Of a stretch of DNA of 64,000 nucleotides, positions 20,938-33,952 are shown piece after piece. The notes under the pieces are model-generated. The model made no database searches and was not told where the DNA came from. It saw only the letters and a program-made list of their open reading frames with translations. The DNA is from Escherichia coli (GTDB lineage Bacteria > Pseudomonadota > Gammaproteobacteria > Enterobacterales > Enterobacteriaceae). The stretch lies in NCBI RefSeq assembly GCF_003334765.1, contig NZ_QOWT01000009.1; one strand, written 5' to 3'. How positions within the stretch are numbered: the first letter of the stretch is position 1; every line of letters begins with the position of its first letter. Made by a program: the position numbers and the translations under genes.

Positions 20938-21896
20938 AAAGCGAAGCGAGCGAGAAGAAACCGTTCAACTTTGCGCTGTTCTGGGATAAATACGGCACCT
21001 TTTTTATCCTGGCGATCATCGTCGCCATCTTTGGTTCGCTGTCACCAGAATATTTTCTGACCACCAATAATATTACCCAGATTTTTGTTCAAAGCTCCGT
21101 GACGGTATTGATCGGCATGGGCGAGTTTTTCGCTATCCTGGTCGCTGGTATCGACCTCTCGGTTGGCGCGATTCTGGCGCTTTCCGGTATGGTGACCGCC
21201 AAACTGATGTTGGCAGGTGTTGACCCGTTTCTCGCAGCGATGATTGGCGGTGTACTGGTTGGCGGCGCACTGGGGGCGATCAACGGCTGCCTGGTCAACT
21301 GGACGGGGCTACACCCGTTCATCATCACCCTTGGCACCAACGCGATTTTCCGTGGGATCACGCTGGTGATCTCCGATGCCAACTCGGTATACGGCTTCTC
21401 ATTTGACTTCGTGAACTTCTTTGCCGCCAGCGTAATTGGGATACCTGTCCCCGTTATCTTCTCACTAATTGTCGCGCTCATCCTTTGGTTTCTGACAACG
21501 CGTATGCGGCTCGGGCGCAACATCTACGCACTGGGCGGCAACAAAAATTCGGCGTTCTATTCCGGGATTGACGTGAAATTCCACATCCTGGTGGTGTTTA
21601 TCATCTCCGGTGTTTGTGCAGGTCTGGCAGGCGTCGTCTCAACTGCACGACTCGGTGCCGCAGAACCGCTTGCCGGTATGGGTTTTGAAACCTATGCCAT
21701 TGCCAGCGCCATCATTGGCGGCACCAGTTTCTTCGGCGGCAAGGGGCGCATTTTCTCTGTGGTGATTGGCGGGTTGATCATCGGCACCATCAACAACGGT
21801 CTGAATATTTTGCAGGTACAAACCTATTACCAACTGGTGGTGATGGGCGGATTAATTATCGCGGCTGTCGCCCTTGACCGTCTTATCAGTAAGTAA
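20916..21896 (+). CDS. alsC: D-allose ABC transporter permease
   Basis: ORF track; polytopic membrane protein overlapping alsA end. Confidence 0.95.
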   Translation: MGFTTRVKSEASEKKPFNFALFWDKYGTFFILAIIVAIFGSLSPEYFLTTNNITQIFVQSSVTVLIGMGEFFAILVAGIDLSVGAILALSGMVTAKLMLAGVDPFLAAMIGGVLVGGALGAINGCLVNWTGLHPFIITLGTNAIFRGITLVISDANSVYGFSFDFVNFFAASVIGIPVPVIFSLIVALILWFLTTRMRLGRNIYALGGNKNSAFYSGIDVKFHILVVFIISGVCAGLAGVVSTARLGAAEPLAGMGFETYAIASAIIGGTSFFGGKGRIFSVVIGGLIIGTINNGLNILQVQTYYQLVVMGGLIIAAVALDRLISK

Positions 21897-21906
21897 GGAA
21901 TTGAAC

Positions 21907-23515
<1,609 letters not shown>

Positions 23516-23787
23516 GTAAAACGTTGGCACAGTAGCGCAATGTCCCGCTGTGCCAACGACAGGTACAATATATATAATAAACACATAAAACGACTCATAT
23601 TATTTTCTGCAATGATAGTTTTACTGTAATTTTCCCTCTTCAGCACAAATGCCTAATAAAATGGCGCGTTCCGCTCACACTTCCACTTATTAAAGTCGCA
23701 ATTTCCCAATTATGATAACGCCAGCTTTAAATGACGTATTTTGCATGGATTACATATTTACGACATAAATGATAAATGGAGATTTAT

Positions 23788-25773
23788 ATGAATAACTCTC
23801 GGTTATTCCGTTTGAGCAGGATTGTTATTGCGTTAACTGCCGCCAGCGGCATGATGGTAAATACCGCTAACGCGAAAGAGGAAGCGAAAGCCGCCACTCA
23901 ATATACCCAACAGGTTAATCAGAATTACGCCAAATCATTACCGTTTAGCGATCGTCAGGATTTTGACGATGCCCAGCGTGGATTTATCGCCCCGCTGCTG
24001 GATGAAGGTATTCTGCGTGATGCGAACGGTAAAGTTTACTACCGCGCGGACGATTACAAATTTGATATTAATGCCGCAGCGCCGGAAACCGTAAACCCCA
24101 GCCTGTGGCGTCAGTCGCAAATCAACGGTATTTCTGGCCTGTTCAAAGTCACCGATAAAATGTATCAGGTGCGCGGCCAGGATATCTCTAACATTACGTT
24201 CGTTGAGGGCGAGAAAGGCATTATTGTTATCGACCCGCTGGTGACGCCGCCTGCCGCAAAAGCCGCACTTGACCTTTACTTCCAGCATCGTCCGCAAAAA
24301 CCGATTGTTGCCGTTATCTACACTCACAGCCACACCGACCACTATGGTGGCGTGAAAGGCATTATCTCTGAAGCCGATGTTAAATCCGGCAAAGTTCAGG
24401 TGATTGCCCCTGCAGGCTTTATGGACGAAGCCATCAGCGAAAACGTGCTGGCGGGTAACATCATGAGCCGCCGTGCGCTCTACTCTTACGGTCTGTTACT
24501 GCCGCACAACGCGCAAGGCAATGTGGGTAATGGCCTTGGCGTGACGCTGGCAACGGGCGACCCGAGCATTATTGCACCGACGAAAACTATCGTCAGAACT
24601 GGCGAGAAGATGATTATCGACGGCCTGGAGTTTGACTTCCTGATGACCCCAGGTAGCGAAGCGCCAGCCGAAATGCACTTCTATATTCCGGCCCTGAAAG
24701 CCCTGTGTACCGCCGAGAACGCCACGCATACCCTGCACAACTTCTACACTCTGCGCGGCGCGAAAACCCGCGACACCAGCAAGTGGACCGAGTATCTGAA
24801 CGAAACGCTGGATATGTGGGGTAACGACGCGGAAGTGCTGTTTATGCCGCACACCTGGCCGGTCTGGGGCAATAAGCATATCAATGATTATATTGGTAAA
24901 TACCGCGATACCATCAAGTACATTCACGACCAGACCCTGCACCTGGCGAACCAGGGCTACACCATGAATGAAATCGGCGACATGATTAAGCTGCCGCCTG
25001 CACTTGCCAATAACTGGGCCAGCCGCGGCTATTACGGTTCTGTCAGCCACAACGCCCGCGCGGTGTATAACTTCTATCTTGGCTATTACGACGGTAACCC
25101 GGCTAACCTGCATCCGTATGGTCAGGTGGAGATGGGTAAACGTTACGTGCAGGCGCTGGGCGGTTCTGCCCGTGTCATCAACCTGGCGCAAGAAGCGAAC
25201 AAGCAAGGTGATTACCGCTGGTCGGCAGAACTGCTGAAACAGGTGATTGCCGCCAACCCGGGTGACCAGGTCGCGAAGAATCTGCAAGCGAATAACTTTG
25301 AACAGCTGGGCTATCAGGCCGAGTCCGCCACATGGCGCGGTTTCTACCTGACCGGCGCGAAAGAGCTGCGCGAAGGGGTGCATAAGTTCAGCCACGGCAC
25401 CACCGGTTCCCCGGACACCATTCGCGGGATGTCGGTCGAAATGCTGTTCGACTTTATGGCCGTTCGCCTCGATAGCGCGAAAGCTGCGGGTAAAAATATC
25501 AGCCTGAACTTCAATATGAGCAACGGCGATAACCTCAACCTGACGCTGAACGATAGCGTGCTTAACTACCGGAAAACGCTGCAACCGCAAGCCGACGCCT
25601 CTTTCTACATCAGCCGTGAAGATCTGCACGCCGTGCTGACCGGACAAGCCAAAATGGCGGATCTGGTAAAAGCGAAGAAAGCCAAAATTATTGGCAATGG
25701 CGCGAAACTGGAAGAAATTATCGCCTGTCTGGATAATTTCGATTTGTGGGTGAATATCGTAACCCCAAATTAA
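23788..25773 (+). CDS. yjcS: Putative alkyl/aryl-sulfatase, metallo-beta-lactamase fold (661 aa)
   Basis: ATG 23788 (MNNSRLFRL...) in ORF 23776..25773; signal peptide; [10 protein letters not shown] motif. Confidence 0.9.
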
Positions 25774-25782
25774 TGTCACTCG

Positions 25783-25820
25783 CTTTTGGGGGCGCTGAAG
25801 CCCCCAAAAGTATTTATTTT
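25783..25820 (+). terminator. Rho-independent terminator after yjcS
   Basis: GC stem cttttgggggc/gcccccaaaag followed by T-rich run. Confidence 0.75.
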
Positions 25821-25981
25821 AAAAATATATACAGCCAATTAATAAATAAAATATATAAGTTATGAATGCGGTGGCTGAATAAAGCTATTTTTATTCATCA
25901 AGAAAATAGCCATACTGACGCCTTCAATGGATATTGATATTCACTACAGATATTGTTCGCAGCAGACAGGATGTATTTAAT

Positions 25982-26257
25982 ATGCCAACAGTTCTCTCTC
26001 GCATGGCGATGCAACTCAAAAAAACAGCCTGGATAATTCCCGTCTTCATGGTTTCGGGATGCTCATTATCTCCGGCAATCCCGGTGATCGGCGCTTATTA
26101 TCCCAGCTGGTTTTTCTGCGCCATTGCCAGCCTTATTTTGACGCTCATCACGAGGCGAGTTATTCAGCGGGCAAATATCAATCTGGCATTTGTCGGAATT
26201 ATTTATACCGCCCTTTTTGCTCTCTACGCCATGCTGTTCTGGCTGGCATTTTTCTAA
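25982..26257 (+). CDS. ytcA: Small membrane lipoprotein YtcA (91 aa) upstream of mdtNOP
   Basis: Internal ATG 25982 (MPTVLSRMAMQLKK...) with lipobox-like VSGCS and two hydrophobic segments. Confidence 0.8.
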   Translation: MPTVLSRMAMQLKKTAWIIPVFMVSGCSLSPAIPVIGAYYPSWFFCAIASLILTLITRRVIQRANINLAFVGIIYTALFALYAMLFWLAFF

Positions 26258-26275
26258 TCTATTTGAGACGCGCTC

Positions 26276-27307
26276 ATGGAAAGTACGCCGAAAAAAGCTC
26301 CTCGCAGTAAATTCCCTGCTCTGTTAGTGGTTGCGTTGGCGCTGGTTGCCCTTGTTTTCGTTATCTGGCGCGTAGACAGTGCGCCATCAACTAATGACGC
26401 TTACGCGTCAGCAGATACCATTGATGTGGTACCGGAAGTCAGCGGCCGCATTGTAGAACTGGCGGTCACCGACAACCAGGCAGTCAAACAGGGCGATTTG
26501 CTGTTCCGCATCGACCCGCGCCCGTACGAAGCCAATCTGGCGAAAGCTGAAGCCTCCCTCGCGGCGCTGGATAAGCAAATTATGCTCACCCAGCGTAGCG
26601 TTGACGCGCAACAGTTTGGTGCCGACTCGGTTAATGCCACGGTAGAAAAAGCCCGTGCCGCCGCGAAACAGGCCACAGATACATTACGCCGCACCGAGCC
26701 ATTACTGAAAGAAGGTTTTGTCTCAGCGGAAGATGTTGACCGTGCAAGAACGGCGCAGCGCGCCGCAGAAGCGGATCTTAATGCCGTATTGTTACAGGCG
26801 CAGTCAGCCGCCAGCGCCGTCAGCGGCGTGGATGCATTAGTTGCCCAGCGTGCGGCGGTCGAAGCGGATATTGCCCTGACCAAACTGCATCTGGAAATGG
26901 CGACCGTTCGCGCGCCGTTTGATGGCCGGGTCATTTCCCTCAAAACCTCCGTCGGGCAATTTGCTTCTGCCATGCGCCCTATTTTTACCCTAATCGACAC
27001 TCGTCACTGGTATGTGATCGCCAACTTCCGCGAAACCGATCTGAAAAATATTCGCTCAGGTACACCCGCAACGATTCGCCTGATGAGTGACAGCGGCAAA
27101 ACCTTCGAGGGTAAAGTGGATTCGATTGGCTACGGCGTGCTACCGGATGACGGCGGCCTGGTGCTGGGCGGCCTGCCGAAAGTGTCTCGTTCTATTAACT
27201 GGGTCCGCGTTGCCCAGCGTTTTCCGGTCAAAATCATGGTCGATAAACCTGACCCGGAAATGTTCCGCATCGGCGCTTCGGCAGTCGCTAATCTTGAGCC
27301 GCAATAA
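26276..27307 (+). CDS. mdtN: Membrane fusion protein (HlyD family) of MdtNOP efflux system
   Basis: ORF track 343 aa. Confidence 0.93.
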   Translation: MESTPKKAPRSKFPALLVVALALVALVFVIWRVDSAPSTNDAYASADTIDVVPEVSGRIVELAVTDNQAVKQGDLLFRIDPRPYEANLAKAEASLAALDKQIMLTQRSVDAQQFGADSVNATVEKARAAAKQATDTLRRTEPLLKEGFVSAEDVDRARTAQRAAEADLNAVLLQAQSAASAVSGVDALVAQRAAVEADIALTKLHLEMATVRAPFDGRVISLKTSVGQFASAMRPIFTLIDTRHWYVIANFRETDLKNIRSGTPATIRLMSDSGKTFEGKVDSIGYGVLPDDGGLVLGGLPKVSRSINWVRVAQRFPVKIMVDKPDPEMFRIGASAVANLEPQ

Positions 27308-29358
27308 TGAGCGCGCTCAACTCCCTGCCATTACCGGTGGTCAGGCTGCTGGCGTTCTTTCATGAAGAGTTAAGCGAGCGGCGACCAGGTCGCGTGCCGC
27401 AGACCGTGCAACTCTGGGTAGGCTGCCTGCTGGTGATTCTGATCTCGATGACCTTTGAGATCCCTTTTGTGGCGTTATCGCTGGCAGTGCTGTTTTACGG
27501 TATTCAGTCGAACGCGTTTTACACCAAATTTGTCGCGATCTTGTTTGTGGTTGCCACGGTGCTGGAGATCGGCAGCCTGTTTTTGATCTACAAATGGTCA
27601 TACGGCGAACCGTTGATCCGATTGATCATCGCCGGACCGATCCTGATGGGCTGCATGTTTTTGATGCGCACCCATCGCTTGGGGCTGGTCTTTTTCGCCG
27701 TCGCCATTGTCGCTATTTACGGGCAAACCTTCCCCGCCATGCTCGACTATCCGGAAGTGGTCGTGCGCTTAACGCTGTGGTGTATCGTTGTTGGCCTCTA
27801 TCCAACCTTGCTGATGACGTTAATCGGCGTGCTGTGGTTTCCCAGTCGTGCCATTTCGCAAATGCATCAGGCGCTTAATGATCGGCTTGATGATGCCATT
27901 AGTCACCTGACAGACAGCCTCGCACCGCTACCCGAAACGCGGATTGAAAGAGAGGCGCTGGCGCTACAAAAACTCAATGTCTTTTGCCTCGCGGACGATG
28001 CCAACTGGCGAACTCAAAACGCATGGTGGCAAAGCTGCGTGGCAACGGTAACCTACATTTACTCGACGCTGAATCGCTACGATCCCACCTCTTTTGCTGA
28101 TTCTCAGGCAATTATTGAATTCCGACAAAAATTAGCTTCAGAAATCAACAAGCTGCAGCATGCCGTTGCTGAAGGTCAGTGCTGGCAAAGCGACTGGCGG
28201 ATCAGTGAAAGTGAAGCGATGGCGGCACGGGAATGTAACCTGGAGAATATCTGCCAGACGTTGTTACAACTGGGTCAGATGGACCCGAATACGCCGCCAA
28301 CGCCCGCAGCCAAACCGCCATCAATGGCCGCCGATGCTTTTACCAATCCAGACTATATGCGCTACGCGGTAAAAACGCTGCTCGCCTGTTTGATCTGTTA
28401 CACCTTTTACAGCGGCGTGGACTGGGAAGGCATTCACACCTGTATGCTGACATGCGTGATCGTCGCTAACCCAAATGTCGGTTCGTCGTACCAGAAGATG
28501 GTGCTGCGTTTTGGCGGGGCCTTTTGCGGCGCGATTCTGGCGCTGTTATTCACGCTACTGGTCATGCCCTGGCTGGACAATATTGTCGAATTGCTGTTTG
28601 TGCTGGCACCGATTTTCCTGTTGGGCGCATGGATTGCCACCAGCTCTGAACGCTCTTCTTATATCGGCACACAGATGGTGGTCACCTTCGCGCTCGCCAC
28701 GCTCGAAAACGTTTTTGGCCCAGTGTACGACCTGGTGGAAATTCGCGATCGCGCCCTGGGTATCATCATTGGTACCGTGGTGTCCGCGGTGATTTACACC
28801 TTTGTCTGGCCTGAAAGTGAAGCGCGCACACTGCCGCAAAAACTGGCTGGCACGCTGGGTATGTTAAGTAAAGTAATGCGGATCCCACGCCAGCAGGAAG
28901 TCACGGCTCTGCGCACTTATCTGCAAATTCGTATCGGTCTGCATGCGGCGTTTAATGCCTGTGAAGAGATGTGCCAACGCGTGGCGCTGGAGCGTCAACT
29001 GGACAGCGAAGAACGCGCATTACTGATTGAACGTTCGCAAACGGTTATTCGTCAGGGCCGCGATCTTCTTCACGCCTGGGATGCCACCTGGAACTCGGCG
29101 CAGGCGCTGGATAACGCACTACAGCCGGACAGAGCAGGTCAGTTTGCCGACGCCCTGGAGAAATACGCTGCCGGTCTGGCAACCGCACTCAGCCGTTCTC
29201 CTCAAATAACGCTTGAAGAGACACCCGCCTCTCAGGCCATCCTGCCCACCTTATTAAAACAGGAGCAACACGTCTGCCAGCTTTTCGCCCGCTTGCCAGA
29301 CTGGACAGCCCCGGCATTAACGCCCGCCACGGAACAGGCACAAGGAGCCACGCAATGA
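27307..29358 (+). CDS. mdtO: Inner-membrane efflux component MdtO (FUSC/aromatic acid exporter family)
   Basis: ORF track 683 aa; start overlaps mdtN stop. Confidence 0.93.
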   Translation: MSALNSLPLPVVRLLAFFHEELSERRPGRVPQTVQLWVGCLLVILISMTFEIPFVALSLAVLFYGIQSNAFYTKFVAILFVVATVLEIGSLFLIYKWSYGEPLIRLIIAGPILMGCMFLMRTHRLGLVFFAVAIVAIYGQTFPAMLDYPEVVVRLTLWCIVVGLYPTLLMTLIGVLWFPSRAISQMHQALNDRLDDAISHLTDSLAPLPETRIEREALALQKLNVFCLADDANWRTQNAWWQSCVATVTYIYSTLNRYDPTSFADSQAIIEFRQKLASEINKLQHAVAEGQCWQSDWRISESEAMAARECNLENICQTLLQLGQMDPNTPPTPAAKPPSMAADAFTNPDYMRYAVKTLLACLICYTFYSGVDWEGIHTCMLTCVIVANPNVGSSYQKMVLRFGGAFCGAILALLFTLLVMPWLDNIVELLFVLAPIFLLGAWIATSSERSSYIGTQMVVTFALATLENVFGPVYDLVEIRDRALGIIIGTVVSAVIYTFVWPESEARTLPQKLAGTLGMLSKVMRIPRQQEVTALRTYLQIRIGLHAAFNACEEMCQRVALERQLDSEERALLIERSQTVIRQGRDLLHAWDATWNSAQALDNALQPDRAGQFADALEKYAAGLATALSRSPQITLEETPASQAILPTLLKQEQHVCQLFARLPDWTAPALTPATEQAQGATQ

Positions 29359-30821
29359 TCAATCGTCAACTTTCACGTCTGCTGTTGTGCAGCATTCTCG
29401 GCAGCACGACGCTGATTTCCGGCTGTGCCCTGGTACGTAAGGATTCTGCACCTCATCAACAGCTCAAACCGGAACAAATCAAACTGGCCGACGATATTCA
29501 TCTTGCCAGCTCCGGCTGGCCGCAGGCGCAGTGGTGGAAACAACTCAATGACCCGCAGCTGGATGCGCTGATCCAACGGACGCTAAGTGGTTCACACACC
29601 CTCGCCGAAGCGAAACTGCGGGAAGAAAAAGCGCAGTCCCAGGCCGATTTGTTAGATGCCGGTTCACAATTACAGGTCGCAGCGTTAGGGATGCTCAACC
29701 GCCAACGTGTCTCGGCGAACGGCTTTTTAAGCCCTTATTCAATGGATGCGCCAGCACTGGGTATGGACGGGCCGTACTATACGGAAGCCACAGTAGGTTT
29801 GTTTGCCGGACTGGATCTTGATTTGTGGGGTGTGCATCGCTCAGCGGTTGCCGCCGCCATTGGCGCGCATAATGCCGCGCTGGCAGAAACCGCAGCAGTA
29901 GAGCTATCGCTGGCCACGGGCGTAGCGCAGCTTTATTACAGTATGCAGGCCAGCTATCAGATGCTCGATCTGTTAGAACAAACTCACGATGTGATTGATT
30001 ACGCGGTGAAAGCGCACCAGAGTAAAGTGGCGCACGGTCTGGAAGCGCAAGTGCCTTTCCACGGCGCGCGGGCACAGATTCTGGCGGTCGATAAACAAAT
30101 TGTTGCCGTCAAAGGGCAAATCACCGAAACGCGAGAATCTCTGCGTGCATTGATTGGCGCGGGAGCCAGCGATATGCCGGAGATCAGACCGGTGGCATTA
30201 CCGCAAGTCCAGACCGGCATTCCGGCGACACTCTCTTATGAGTTGCTCGCCAGACGCCCGGATCTGCAAGCCATGCGCTGGTATGTTCAGGCGTCATTAG
30301 ATCAGGTGGATTCCGCGCGGGCGTTGTTCTATCCGAGCTTTGATATCAAAGCGTTTTTCGGTCTGGACTCCATCCATCTGCATACCTTATTCAAAAAAAC
30401 CAGTCGCCAGTTCAACTTCATCCCGGGTCTGAAATTGCCGCTGTTTGACGGTGGACGGTTGAATGCCAATCTCGAAGGCACGCGCGCCGCCAGCAACATG
30501 ATGATTGAACGTTACAACCAGTCAGTACTGAACGCGGTGCGTGACGTTGCCGTCAACGGCACGCGTCTGCAAACGCTCAACGACGAGCGAGAAATGCAGG
30601 CTGAACGCGTGGAAGCCACGCGCTTTACCCAGCGCGCTGCCGAGGCCGCCTATCAGCGCGGCTTAACCAGCCGCTTACAGGCCACCGAAGCCCGGTTGCC
30701 AGTGCTTGCCGAAGAGATGTCATTACTGATGCTGGACAGCCGCCGGGTGATCCAAAGCATTCAGTTGATGAAATCGCTGGGCGGCGGGTATCAGGCAGGT
30801 CCCGTCGTCGAGAAAAAATAA
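29355..30821 (+). CDS. mdtP: Outer membrane factor lipoprotein MdtP
   Basis: ORF track 488 aa; lipobox LISGCAL; overlaps mdtO stop. Confidence 0.93.
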   Translation: MINRQLSRLLLCSILGSTTLISGCALVRKDSAPHQQLKPEQIKLADDIHLASSGWPQAQWWKQLNDPQLDALIQRTLSGSHTLAEAKLREEKAQSQADLLDAGSQLQVAALGMLNRQRVSANGFLSPYSMDAPALGMDGPYYTEATVGLFAGLDLDLWGVHRSAVAAAIGAHNAALAETAAVELSLATGVAQLYYSMQASYQMLDLLEQTHDVIDYAVKAHQSKVAHGLEAQVPFHGARAQILAVDKQIVAVKGQITETRESLRALIGAGASDMPEIRPVALPQVQTGIPATLSYELLARRPDLQAMRWYVQASLDQVDSARALFYPSFDIKAFFGLDSIHLHTLFKKTSRQFNFIPGLKLPLFDGGRLNANLEGTRAASNMMIERYNQSVLNAVRDVAVNGTRLQTLNDEREMQAERVEATRFTQRAAEAAYQRGLTSRLQATEARLPVLAEEMSLLMLDSRRVIQSIQLMKSLGGGYQAGPVVEKK

Positions 30822-30951
30822 AATGTCTGCCGCGTGATGGCTGTCACGCGGTATTTCGTTTCGTCACGTCAAAACTGACGACAGCCTGTTTTTCGTCAGA
30901 GTTTTGAATAAATAGTGCCCGTAATATCAGGGAATGACCCCACATAAAATG

Positions 30952-30968
30952 TGGCATAAAAGATGCAT
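30952..30968 (+). promoter_or_regulatory. Sigma-54 (-24/-12) promoter of fdhF
   Basis: tGGcataaaagaTGCat matches GG-N10-GC spacing about 50 bp upstream of fdhF ATG; upstream inverted repeats (cgtcacgtcaaaactgacgacag) are consistent with an FhlA UAS. Confidence 0.7.
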
Positions 30969-31018
30969 ACTGTAGTCGAGAGCGCGTATGCGTGATTTGA
31001 TTAACTGGAGCGAGACCG

Positions 31019-33166
31019 ATGAAAAAAGTCGTCACGGTTTGCCCCTATTGCGCATCAGGTTGCAAAATCAACCTGGTCGTCGATAACGGCAAAATCGTCC
31101 GGGCGGAGGCAGCGCAGGGGAAAACCAACCAGGGTACCCTGTGTCTGAAGGGTTATTATGGCTGGGACTTCATTAACGATACCCAGATCCTGACCCCGCG
31201 CCTGAAAACCCCCATGATCCGTCGCCAGCGTGGCGGCAAACTCGAACCTGTTTCCTGGGATGAGGCACTGAATTACGTTGCCGAGCGCCTGAGCGCCATC
31301 AAAGAGAAGTACGGTCCGGATGCCATCCAGACGACCGGCTCCTCGCGTGGTACGGGTAACGAAACCAACTATGTAATGCAAAAATTTGCGCGCGCCGTTA
31401 TTGGTACCAATAACGTTGACTGCTGCGCTCGTGTCTGACACGGCCCATCGGTTGCAGGTCTGCACCAATCGGTCGGTAATGGCGCAATGAGCAATGCTAT
31501 TAACGAAATTGATAATACCGATTTAGTGTTCGTTTTCGGGTACAACCCGGCGGATTCCCACCCAATCGTGGCGAATCACGTAATTAACGCTAAACGTAAC
31601 GGGGCGAAAATTATCGTCTGCGATCCGCGCAAAATTGAAACCGCGCGCATTGCTGACATGCACATTGCACTGAAAAACGGCTCGAACATCGCGCTGTTGA
31701 ATGCGATGGGCCATGTCATTATTGAAGAAAATCTGTACGACAAAGCGTTCGTCGCTTCACGTACAGAAGGCTTTGAAGAGTATCGTAAAATCGTTGAAGG
31801 CTACACGCCGGAGTCGGTTGAAGATATCACCGGCGTCAGCGCCAGTGAGATTCGTCAGGCGGCACGGATGTATGCCCAGGCGAAAAGCGCCGCCATCCTG
31901 TGGGGCATGGGTGTAACCCAGTTCTACCAGGGCGTGGAAACCGTGCGTTCTCTGACCAGCCTCGCGATGCTGACCGGTAACCTCGGTAAGCCGCATGCGG
32001 GTGTTAACCCGGTTCGTGGTCAGAACAACGTTCAGGGTGCCTGCGATATGGGCGCGCTGCCGGATACGTATCCGGGATACCAGTACGTGAAAGATCCGGC
32101 TAACCGCGAGAAATTCGCCAAAGCCTGGGGCGTGGAAAGCCTGCCAGCGCATACCGGCTATCGCATCAGCGAGCTGCCGCACCGCGCAGCGCATGGCGAA
32201 GTGCGTGCCGCGTACATTATGGGCGAAGATCCGCTACAAACTGACGCGGAGCTGTCGGCAGTACGTAAAGCCTTTGAAGATCTGGAACTGGTTATCGTTC
32301 AGGACATCTTTATGACCAAAACCGCGTCGGCGGCGGATGTTATTTTACCGTCAACGTCGTGGGGCGAGCATGAAGGCGTGTTTACTGCGGCTGACCGTGG
32401 CTTCCAGCGTTTCTTCAAGGCGGTTGAACCGAAATGGGATCTGAAAACGGACTGGCAAATCATCAGTGAAATCGCCACCCGTATGGGTTATCCGATGCAC
32501 TACAACAACACCCAGGAGATCTGGGATGAGTTGCGTCATCTGTGCCCGGATTTCTACGGTGCGACTTACGAGAAAATGGGCGAACTGGGCTTCATTCAGT
32601 GGCCTTGCCGCGATACTTCAGATGCCGATCAGGGGACTTCTTATCTGTTTAAAGAGAAGTTTGATACCCCGAACGGTCTGGCGCAGTTCTTCACCTGCGA
32701 CTGGGTAGCGCCAATCGACAAACTCACCGACGAGTACCCGATGGTACTGTCAACGGTGCGTGAAGTTGGTCACTACTCTTGCCGTTCGATGACCGGTAAC
32801 TGTGCGGCACTGGCGGCGCTGGCTGATGAACCTGGCTACGCACAAATCAATACCGAAGACGCCAAACGTCTGGGTATTGAAGATGAGGCATTGGTTTGGG
32901 TGCACTCGCGTAAAGGCAAAATTATCACCCGTGCGCAGGTCAGCGATCGTCCGAACAAAGGGGCGATTTACATGACCTACCAGTGGTGGATTGGTGCCTG
33001 TAACGAGCTGGTTACTGAAAACTTAAGCCCGATTACGAAAACGCCGGAGTACAAATACTGCGCCGTTCGCGTCGAGCCGATCGCCGATCAGCGCGCCGCC
33101 GAGCAGTACGTGATTGACGAGTACAACAAGTTGAAAACTCGCCTGCGCGAAGCGGTACTGGCGTAA
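31019..33166 (+). CDS. fdhF: Formate dehydrogenase H (selenoprotein, 715 aa) with in-frame UGA-Sec at codon 140
   Basis: ORFs 31019..31438 and 31487..33166 are in the same frame, separated only by TGA at 31436..31438; N-terminal CPYCASGC Fe-S motif; recognised sequence. Confidence 0.95.
31436..31478 (+). other. SECIS stem-loop directing selenocysteine insertion at fdhF UGA
   Basis: tgacacggcccatcggttgcaggtctgcaccaatcggtcggtaatgg immediately 3' of the UGA; matches the classical fdhF SECIS hairpin. Confidence 0.85.
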
Positions 33167-33180
33167 TACCGTCCTTTCTA

Positions 33181-33207
33181 CAGCCTCCTTTCGGAGGCTG
33201 TTTTTTT
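33181..33207 (+). terminator. Rho-independent terminator of fdhF
   Basis: cagcctcc-tttc-ggaggctg stem followed by ttttttt. Confidence 0.85.
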
Positions 33208-33259
33208 ATCCATTCGAACTCTTTATACTGGTTACTCCCTACCCAATCGTATTATCAAA

Positions 33260-33949
33260 ATGAAAAAAATTATCGCATTGATGTTGTTTTTGACATTCTT
33301 TGCCCACGCCAACGACTCCGAGCCTGGCAGCCAGTATTTAAAGGCAGCAGAGGCCGGGGACCGACGCGCACAATATTTTCTTGCCGACAGCTGGTTTAGC
33401 TCCGGCGATTTGAGCAAAGCCGAATATTGGGCACAGAAAGCCGCCGACAGCGGTGATGCTGATGCCTGCGCGCTGCTGGCGCAGATCAAAATCACCAATC
33501 CGGTCAGTCTGGACTATCCACAAGCAAAAGTTCTTGCAGAGAAAGCGGCGCAAGCGGGCAGTAAAGAAGGTGAAGTAACGCTGGCGCATATTCTGGTAAA
33601 TACTCAAGCGGGTAAACCGGATTATCCAAAGGCAATTTCGCTGTTAGAAAACGCCTCGGAAGATCTGGAGAACGACTCTGCCGTCGATGCCCAAATGCTG
33701 CTTGGTTTGATTTACGCCAACGGCGTGGGCATTAAGGCCGACGATGACAAGGCAACCTGGTATTTCAAACGCAGCTCTGCAATTTCCCGAACCGGTTATT
33801 CCGAGTACTGGGCGGGAATGATGTTCTTAAACGGTGAAGAAGGTTTTATCGAGAAGAACAAGCAAAAGGCGCTGCACTGGTTGAACCTGAGCTGTATGGA
33901 AGGGTTTGATACCGGGTGTGAAGAGTTTGAAAAATTAACCAACGGTTAA
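33260..33949 (+). CDS. yjcO: Sel1-repeat (TPR-like) periplasmic protein YjcO
   Basis: ORF track 229 aa; signal peptide. Confidence 0.88.
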   Translation: MKKIIALMLFLTFFAHANDSEPGSQYLKAAEAGDRRAQYFLADSWFSSGDLSKAEYWAQKAADSGDADACALLAQIKITNPVSLDYPQAKVLAEKAAQAGSKEGEVTLAHILVNTQAGKPDYPKAISLLENASEDLENDSAVDAQMLLGLIYANGVGIKADDDKATWYFKRSSAISRTGYSEYWAGMMFLNGEEGFIEKNKQKALHWLNLSCMEGFDTGCEEFEKLTNG

Positions 33950-33952
33950 GAT

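Noticed and set aside
31019-31441. fdhF as two separate genes or a pseudogene with a premature stop
   Set aside because: Both parts are in frame and the TGA is followed by a SECIS hairpin; this is selenocysteine recoding.
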